From positions 2,730,001 through 2,762,000 of the forward strand of contig NC_014972.1 of NCBI RefSeq assembly GCF_000186885.1: a stretch of 32,000 nt of DNA. The letters run 5' to 3'. This document shows positions 26,591 through 32,000 of the stretch, in pieces. The notes under the pieces are model-generated. The model did no database searches, was not told where the DNA came from, and saw nothing but the letters and a program-made list of their open reading frames with translations. This DNA is from Desulfobulbus propionicus DSM 2032 (GTDB taxonomy: Bacteria > Desulfobacterota > Desulfobulbia > Desulfobulbales > Desulfobulbaceae). Each line of letters begins with the position of its first letter. Positions within the stretch are counted from its first letter, which is position 1. The position numbers were made by a program, and so were the translations under genes.

Positions 26591-28801
26591 ATGGCAATGA
26601 ACCTTACCAGGCGGAAATTCCTCAAGGCCGCCTCGATTGCCGCTGCGTCCGTGCCGCTGTCCAAGGTGGCGGTAAAAGCAGAATCAGGAGTTGTCAAGAC
26701 GCCCCTGGTTGCCCCGGGGACGTTCAAAAATACGCAGACCGCGGTTGGCGGTGTGTGCGAGATGTGTTTCTGGCGCTGTCAGCTGGTGGGAAAAATCCGT
26801 GACGGCCGTCTGATCAAGCTGGAAGGCAATCCAAAATCGATCGACAACGGCGTGTCCATCTGCGCCCGCGGCAATGCCGGCGTCAAACTGCTCTACGATC
26901 CGGACCGGCTCAAATACCCGCTGAAAAATGTCGGCAAGCGCGGCGCCCCCAAGTGGCAGCGCATCTCCTGGGAAGAGGCACTGGATACCTGCGGCGCCAA
27001 GCTGAAGGAAATCAGGGATAAATACGGCGCCAAGGGCATCGCCATGTTCCCCCACGGCTCCACCGCCACCTATCCGATGGGTTTCCTGGAGAACGTGGTG
27101 GGTACCCACAACGTTTCCGAGGCCTCGTTCTTCCAATGCCGCGGCATCCGCGATACCGCCTACATGGCGACCATTGGCCAGCCGCCCAACGAGGATGTCG
27201 ACATGGCCAACGCCAAGGTGATTTTTCTCCTGGGCAACCACATCGGCGAGAACATCCACGTCTCCCACGTCAAACGGTATCTCAAGGGACTTGAGCGGGG
27301 CGCGAAACTCATTGTTGTCGATCCGCGCTATTCGGCCGCGGCGGCCAAGTCGCACATCTGGGTGCAGATTCGGCCCGGCACCGACACCGCCTTCCTGCTG
27401 GCGATCATGAACTACCTGATCCAAAATAAAAAGTACAACGCTGATTTCGTCGATGAATACGGCGAAGGCTTTGAGAAAATGGCCGAAGGGATCAAGGAGT
27501 GGACCCTGGAGAAAGCGGCCCAAGAGTGCGACGTGCCCGCTGCCCAGATCAAGGAAGTGGCCGATCTGCTGGCCGCCAACATGCCCCATGTGTCCATTCA
27601 TCCCGGCCGCCACGTGTCCTGGTACGGCAACGACTTCCAGCGTCAGCGCGCCCTGGCCTGCCTCACCGGCGTGCTCGGCGCTTTCGGCGTCAAGGGTTCG
27701 TTCGTGCCGCCCAAGGGCCCCAAGGGACTGGCCAAGGTCGGTTGGCCCAAGGGCGAAGGCCACGGTGAAAGCCTGCGAGAGATGGCCGATCTGTATCACT
27801 ACTCGCCGCCCGGCACCCCCACCGACCTGATCCGTGACACCGCCATCACCGGCAAGCCCTATCCGATCAAGGGCTGCGTCATCTGGGGCCAGAATCCAAT
27901 CCAGACCATTCCCAACCAGGAAAAGACCATCAAGATGCTCGAGCAGATGGACTTTGTCATGTGCGTCGATGTCATGCCCACCGACATCACCATGTTTGCC
28001 GACATCCTCCTGCCCGACTGCTCCTACCTGGAGCGCTACGACATGATCAAGACCGGCACCCAGTGGGATTTCGCCGAGGAGCACAAGCAGTACATCGCCC
28101 CGCGCATGCCGCTGGTGGCTCCTGGATTCGAGCGCAAGGACAGCATCTACATCACCAACGAGATCGCCAAGCGCATGGGTTACGGCGACAAGATCCCGGT
28201 GCAGACCCAGGAGGAAAGCATCGACAAGATGCTGGCCGGGGTCGGGTTGTCGATCGAAAAAATCAAGGCCGAGGACGGCATTCACATTCAGCCGGGCAAG
28301 GAGCCCTACGGCGATCTGGAACTGACGGTGCTCTTCTACAACGAAGAACTGGAGGACAACGGTTATCCGCCGATTCCCACCTACATCCCGGTGGACCGCG
28401 CCCCCGACGGGTACATGCGCCTCTTGTACGGCCGTTCGCCGGTCCACACCTTCAACCGCAGCCAGAACAACGCCTGGCTGATGGCGGAAAACGACAGTAA
28501 CCCGGTGTGGATCAACGACCAGCTGGCCGCCAAGCTTGGCCTCAAGGAGGGCGATACCGTCTCCCTGGTCAACCAGGACGGGGTCAAGTCACGGACCACC
28601 ACCACGGTCAAGATTACCCCCGGTATCCGCCAGGATTGCGTCTACATGTACCACGGCTTCGGTTCCATGAACCCTGAACTGACGCTGGGCGTGGGCAAGG
28701 GTGTCGATGATTGCAGCCTGATCACCAAGCTCGCGGTCGATCCGGAAACCGGCGCCCATGGCATGCGCAACAACTTTGTCAAACTCGTGAAAGTCAGCTG
28801 A
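26591..28801 (+). CDS. Tat-exported molybdopterin oxidoreductase catalytic subunit (PsrA/PhsA-like, DMSO reductase superfamily)
   Basis: 736 aa; twin-arginine signal 'LTRRKFLKAASIAAASVPLSKVAV'; 4Fe-4S motif 'CEMCFWRC'; candidate Mo-ligand Cys in 'SEASFFQCRG'; C-terminal molydopterin dinucleotide-binding region. Start immediately follows the torD-like stop. Confidence 0.93.
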   Translation: MAMNLTRRKFLKAASIAAASVPLSKVAVKAESGVVKTPLVAPGTFKNTQTAVGGVCEMCFWRCQLVGKIRDGRLIKLEGNPKSIDNGVSICARGNAGVKLLYDPDRLKYPLKNVGKRGAPKWQRISWEEALDTCGAKLKEIRDKYGAKGIAMFPHGSTATYPMGFLENVVGTHNVSEASFFQCRGIRDTAYMATIGQPPNEDVDMANAKVIFLLGNHIGENIHVSHVKRYLKGLERGAKLIVVDPRYSAAAAKSHIWVQIRPGTDTAFLLAIMNYLIQNKKYNADFVDEYGEGFEKMAEGIKEWTLEKAAQECDVPAAQIKEVADLLAANMPHVSIHPGRHVSWYGNDFQRQRALACLTGVLGAFGVKGSFVPPKGPKGLAKVGWPKGEGHGESLREMADLYHYSPPGTPTDLIRDTAITGKPYPIKGCVIWGQNPIQTIPNQEKTIKMLEQMDFVMCVDVMPTDITMFADILLPDCSYLERYDMIKTGTQWDFAEEHKQYIAPRMPLVAPGFERKDSIYITNEIAKRMGYGDKIPVQTQEESIDKMLAGVGLSIEKIKAEDGIHIQPGKEPYGDLELTVLFYNEELEDNGYPPIPTYIPVDRAPDGYMRLLYGRSPVHTFNRSQNNAWLMAENDSNPVWINDQLAAKLGLKEGDTVSLVNQDGVKSRTTTTVKITPGIRQDCVYMYHGFGSMNPELTLGVGKGVDDCSLITKLAVDPETGAHGMRNNFVKLVKVS

Positions 28802-28856
28802 CCTTGGGCATGATCCCGCAACCGTCAGACACGACCACCTCTGAAGGAGAGTACCT

Positions 28857-29657
28857 ATGCAATATGGCATGATTATCGATGTCGACAGGTGCGTGGGCTG
28901 TCATGCCTGCGTCATCGCCTGCAAGGCTGAGTGGGAGGTTCCCGCCCAGTTTGACCGCAACTGGGTCCACCGCTTGGGACCGAGCATGACCTCAAGCGGC
29001 ATGGCCGCTACCTACTATCCCGGCCTGTGCAACCACTGCAACGAGCCCCCCTGCGTGCCGGTCTGTCCGGCCGACCCGGTCAACATGACCTTCAAGGACG
29101 CCAAAACCGGCAAGACCGTGACCATGGAAGTGGGCGCCACCTGGAAAGACCCGTTCAACGGCACTGTTCAGGTCGACCGCGAGCGCTGCATCGGTTGCGG
29201 CGCCTGCCGTGACGCCTGCCCGTACAACGCCCGCTATGTCGACGAAAGCCTGAAAGACGACAACAGCCTCGGCAAGGTCGACAAGTGCACCTACTGCATG
29301 CCGCGCGTGGCCGAGGGCCTGGAACCAGCCTGTGTTCAGACCTGTCTGGCCCGCGCCCGCATCTTCGGCGACCTCGACGATCCCAACTCGGAAGTGGCCA
29401 AGTATGTGGCCAAGGGTGCGGTGGGCCTGACCTCCAAAGCAGTGCAGATCGGGCCCAATGGCAAGTACTACGGCAGCAAGAAGGGCGACATGGAACTGCT
29501 GATGCAGGCCGCCCCCCAGGAAATGCCCAAGGTGGCCCTGCGCCGCGGCTTGCTGACCAAGATGTCGCTGACCGCCAAGAATCAAGTCAAAGATCTCGGC
29601 CTGCTCGGCCTGGCCGGCGGCCTGTTGGTCAAATCGCTGCAGAACGACGAAAAATAA
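28857..29657 (+). CDS. 4Fe-4S ferredoxin-type electron transfer subunit (PsrB/PhsB-like)
   Basis: Cys clusters 'CVGCHACVIACK', 'CNHCNEPPCVPVCP', 'CIGCGACRDACP', 'CTYCMPRVAEGLEPACVQTC'; GAAGGAG RBS upstream. Confidence 0.93.
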   Translation: MQYGMIIDVDRCVGCHACVIACKAEWEVPAQFDRNWVHRLGPSMTSSGMAATYYPGLCNHCNEPPCVPVCPADPVNMTFKDAKTGKTVTMEVGATWKDPFNGTVQVDRERCIGCGACRDACPYNARYVDESLKDDNSLGKVDKCTYCMPRVAEGLEPACVQTCLARARIFGDLDDPNSEVAKYVAKGAVGLTSKAVQIGPNGKYYGSKKGDMELLMQAAPQEMPKVALRRGLLTKMSLTAKNQVKDLGLLGLAGGLLVKSLQNDEK

Positions 29658-29686
29658 TTTTTTACCGAGATCTCAATCTGATCGCT

Positions 29687-29719
29687 CCCCTGTCGCTGTC
29701 CGGCGGCAGGGGATTTTTT
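29687..29719 (+). terminator. Rho-independent terminator after the molybdoenzyme operon
   Basis: CCCCTGTCGC-TGTCC-GGCGGCAGGGG followed by ATTTTTT; CCCCTG pairs with CAGGGG. Confidence 0.75.
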
Positions 29720-29764
29720 ATGACCACGCAACAGGCTGCCCACGCTGAACCGTTGTTTCAACGT

Positions 29765-29793
29765 ATGACTTTTTAAAGCGATTCTGCTACAAT
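29765..29793 (+). promoter_or_regulatory. Candidate sigma70-type promoter for the MotB-like/MotA-like pair
   Basis: ATGACT (29765-29770), 17-bp spacer, TACAAT (29788-29793); between the terminator and the CDS at 29862. Confidence 0.45.
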
Positions 29794-29861
29794 GGCCATT
29801 CGCTGAGCGGCAAATCCGACCATCCGCTTGTGTTCCGGGCGCTTCCTGCCGAAGAAAACAC

Positions 29862-30959
29862 ATGGACAAGCAATCTCCGATCCCACACAGCCCTGCCGAG
29901 GAATCGGCGCCGACCGTTGTCCCACCGGCGCCCAACGCCCTCAAACGGCCGCCCCTTGCCCACGACTGGCAGCAGAGTTCCCAGCCTGTTTTCGTCATCG
30001 AGGATTCCTTTTACCGGTCGCGGACCCCGCCCCGCCCGGTCCATTGGTCGATTGCCTGGTCGGATCTGATGATGACCATGTTTATCCTCTTTCTCACCCT
30101 CTTCGCCCACCTTCGCACCCACGAGGAGATCCTTGCCCATGGCAAACCCAACAAGGTGGCCGATGAAACCATGCCGGTGCAGACCGACCAGACGCCGTCC
30201 GCCTTGGTCTTTCACCCTATCTCCCAGGATGTTTCCCTGACCATTGCCGATGACGCCAAGGACATTATTCCTCCGCAACGCGAACAGGAAGGCGCCGACG
30301 TGCTCATCCGTCATACACTGACCGAGGAGAAGCCGCAGCCCGAGTCGTTGGCCCCGATACCCCAGCTGCCGCAGCAGCCTTCTGCTCCGCAGTCGGCAAA
30401 CCAGACGGCAGCCTCCCCCGCGCAGCCCCTTCCACCCGCCCCCGTCCCCGAGGAGAAGAAGCAGGAAGAGCTGATCACCAAGATCTATGACCTGTCCAAG
30501 GTAGCCCTGGAAAAGGAGCAGCTGGATCGTTTCGCCTCGGTGGAACTGGTGCCGGACAAGACCATGCGCATCATCCTCACCGGCGACCTGCTATTTGCCT
30601 CCGGTCAGGCGGAACTCACTCGCGAAGCCCTTGTTTCCCTGAAAAAAATATCGGCCCTCATCAAAACCACCCCCTACATGATCAACGTCATCGGTCATAC
30701 CGACGACCGTCCGGTGAAGAATGCCCGCTTCCCCTCCAACTGGGAACTGTCGCTGGCTCGAGCCGGGCGGGTGGCCCGGTTTCTCATCGAGGATACCGGA
30801 CTGCCGGCCACCCAGTTCAGTGTTTCCGGCTACAGCTCCTTCCGGCCTCTTAAGCCCAACACCAGCGAAGACAATCGCAAGATCAACCGGCGGGTGGAGC
30901 TCGTGCTGTCCAAGGAATTGCCGCAGGCCCAAGCCGCCATGCCCGCCAACCTTCAATAA
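29862..30959 (+). CDS. MotB-like/OmpA-family peptidoglycan-binding stator protein
   Basis: 365 aa; single N-proximal TM segment with conserved Asp 'SIAWSDLMMTMFILFLTLFA'; long Pro/Gln-rich linker; OmpA domain 'INVIGHTDDRPVKNARFPSNWELSLARAGRVARFLIEDTGL...GYSSFRPLKPNTSEDNRKINRRVELVL'. Confidence 0.85.
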   Translation: MDKQSPIPHSPAEESAPTVVPPAPNALKRPPLAHDWQQSSQPVFVIEDSFYRSRTPPRPVHWSIAWSDLMMTMFILFLTLFAHLRTHEEILAHGKPNKVADETMPVQTDQTPSALVFHPISQDVSLTIADDAKDIIPPQREQEGADVLIRHTLTEEKPQPESLAPIPQLPQQPSAPQSANQTAASPAQPLPPAPVPEEKKQEELITKIYDLSKVALEKEQLDRFASVELVPDKTMRIILTGDLLFASGQAELTREALVSLKKISALIKTTPYMINVIGHTDDRPVKNARFPSNWELSLARAGRVARFLIEDTGLPATQFSVSGYSSFRPLKPNTSEDNRKINRRVELVLSKELPQAQAAMPANLQ

Positions 30960-30974
30960 ACGGGTTTTCCAGCC

Positions 30975-31838
30975 ATGAAACGACAAAACCTGATCGGCCT
31001 GCTGTTGTGCAGCCTTCTCTTTTTCGGTGGATTCCTCATCAAAGGCAATCTCAGCCTCTATTTCAACATTGCCAGCCTGATGATCGTGGCCGGCGGCAGC
31101 GCCATCGCCGCCCTGCTCAGCTTTCAGCTCGAACGGTTGCGGATCGTGCTGCGGGTGGTGCGCGCCTCGTATCGCAGCCGGCTCAAATCCGAGGCAGAGA
31201 TCGTCGATATCCTGATCAACCTGGCGATCAAATCGCGGATGGAGGGAATCCTGTCGCTGCAACAGGACGAAAACGAGACCTCGATCCATTTCCTCCGCCG
31301 GGGGTTGGGGTGCCTGGTGGACAACTACGAACCGCAGCAGATCCGCGACATCCTCAACACCGAGATGTATTTCTTCAAGCTGCGCCGCGAGGATTCGGAA
31401 CGGGTGCTGCGCACCATCGCCGATTTCTGCCCGGCCTTTGGCATCGTCGGCTCGGTGGCCGGCCTGATTCCCATGCTGGCGGGCATCGACGACACCGGCA
31501 TCATCCTCAAGACCGTGCCCCTGGCCCTGACCTCGATCCTCTATGGCCTGATCCTGCCCAATTTCTTCTTCATCCCCTTTGCCGCCAACCTGCGCGAACG
31601 GACCAATCAAGAGTTGCTGTTGCAGAAGATCATCATGGAGGGAATCATCGCCATTGAAAGCGAACTCAATCCCACCGTGCTCCGCACCAAACTGCTCTCC
31701 TTCCTCACCCCCTCCGATCGCAAGGCCGACCTAGTGCCGCTGTCGCGCATTCAGGAACGGTTCCACATCCGGCTGGACGCCACCGAACCCGATGACCGCG
31801 ACGAGCCGCAGGATCGGCCGGGACCGGCTGTTTTCTAG
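30975..31838 (+). CDS. MotA/ExbB-like proton channel protein
   Basis: 287 aa; N-terminal hydrophobic segments; 'RVLRTIADFCPAFGIVGSVAGLIPMLAGIDDTGIILKTVPLALTSILYGLILPNFFFIPFAANLRER' resembles MotA TM3-TM4. Confidence 0.82.
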   Translation: MKRQNLIGLLLCSLLFFGGFLIKGNLSLYFNIASLMIVAGGSAIAALLSFQLERLRIVLRVVRASYRSRLKSEAEIVDILINLAIKSRMEGILSLQQDENETSIHFLRRGLGCLVDNYEPQQIRDILNTEMYFFKLRREDSERVLRTIADFCPAFGIVGSVAGLIPMLAGIDDTGIILKTVPLALTSILYGLILPNFFFIPFAANLRERTNQELLLQKIIMEGIIAIESELNPTVLRTKLLSFLTPSDRKADLVPLSRIQERFHIRLDATEPDDRDEPQDRPGPAVF

Positions 31839-31987
31839 CCTGGCTGCCCCCTCGCTCCGCGCCTGAAAAACAGGGGTGCAAAAAGCCGCCGGTCGTGTAC
31901 TATACGGCCTGCCAGCGGGTTTTCCACCGCCCGGTCCAGCAAATCAACCTATTGTTTTCAATCAAAAAAGAAAAGAAGAGGTTCCCC

Positions 31988-32000
31988 ATGCGATCTCCCA
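31988..32000 (+). CDS. Possible start of a further CDS running off the window
   Basis: ATG at 31988 preceded by AAGAAGAGG; only 4 codons visible. Confidence 0.25.

Noticed and set aside
26684-28447. 587-aa minus-strand ORF inside the molybdoenzyme gene
   Set aside because: Antisense shadow ORF; the plus frame carries the Tat signal, FeS motif and full-length family signatures.
29862-31838. MotB/MotA-like pair as a Zorya (ZorA/ZorB) anti-phage module
   Set aside because: ZorA carries a long helical tail and is followed by ZorB and then ZorC/ZorD or ZorE. Here the order is reversed, the MotA-like protein is only 287 aa, and no helicase or nuclease gene is visible. Genes after 32000 were not available.
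1-32000. CRISPR arrays, tRNA/rRNA genes, transposases or integrases, toxin-antitoxin or retron-like modules
   Set aside because: Looked for regularly spaced repeats, TpsiC-like motifs and recognisable mobile or defence proteins by eye; none seen. A tRNAscan, Infernal or MinCED run would be needed for a definitive negative.

Overview
The window looks like a mostly housekeeping stretch of a GC-rich anaerobic deltaproteobacterial/Desulfobacterota-type chromosome; the taxon is inferred from gene content and protein style, not proven. From left to right: a truncated PLP aminotransferase and a small helical lipoprotein; a DnaJ/CbpA-type co-chaperone; a PBP4/DacB-like peptidase; a TrpB2-type tryptophan synthase beta subunit; a fused radical SAM/DUF2344-like protein; and a two-AMIN-domain periplasmic protein. 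Then comes a run of 16 genes all on the minus strand (about 8.9-23.1 kb): ileS, lspA, fabD, ffh, rpsP, khpA, rimM, trmD, a SPOUT-like methyltransferase, rplS, rnhB, yraN-like, pdxA, tmk, a TPR lipoprotein and a LolB-like lipoprotein. Next are a zinc-ribbon protein resembling the C-terminus of B12-dependent ribonucleotide reductase, a FlK-like thioesterase and a protein with Ca-binding loops. The right end holds a torD-like chaperone, a Tat-exported molybdopterin oxidoreductase and an FeS subunit with no NrfD-type membrane anchor encoded beside them, followed by a MotB-like/MotA-like pair in reversed gene order. I found no CRISPR array, tRNA, rRNA, transposon or clear defence island. No convincing wholly new system is evident. 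The best leads are a 12-bp hairpin over the ribosome-binding site and start codon of the DacB-like gene, a sigma-54-like promoter with an upstream inverted repeat before the AMIN gene, the stand-alone NrdJ-tail protein, the anchorless molybdoenzyme operon and the reversed MotB-MotA pair.
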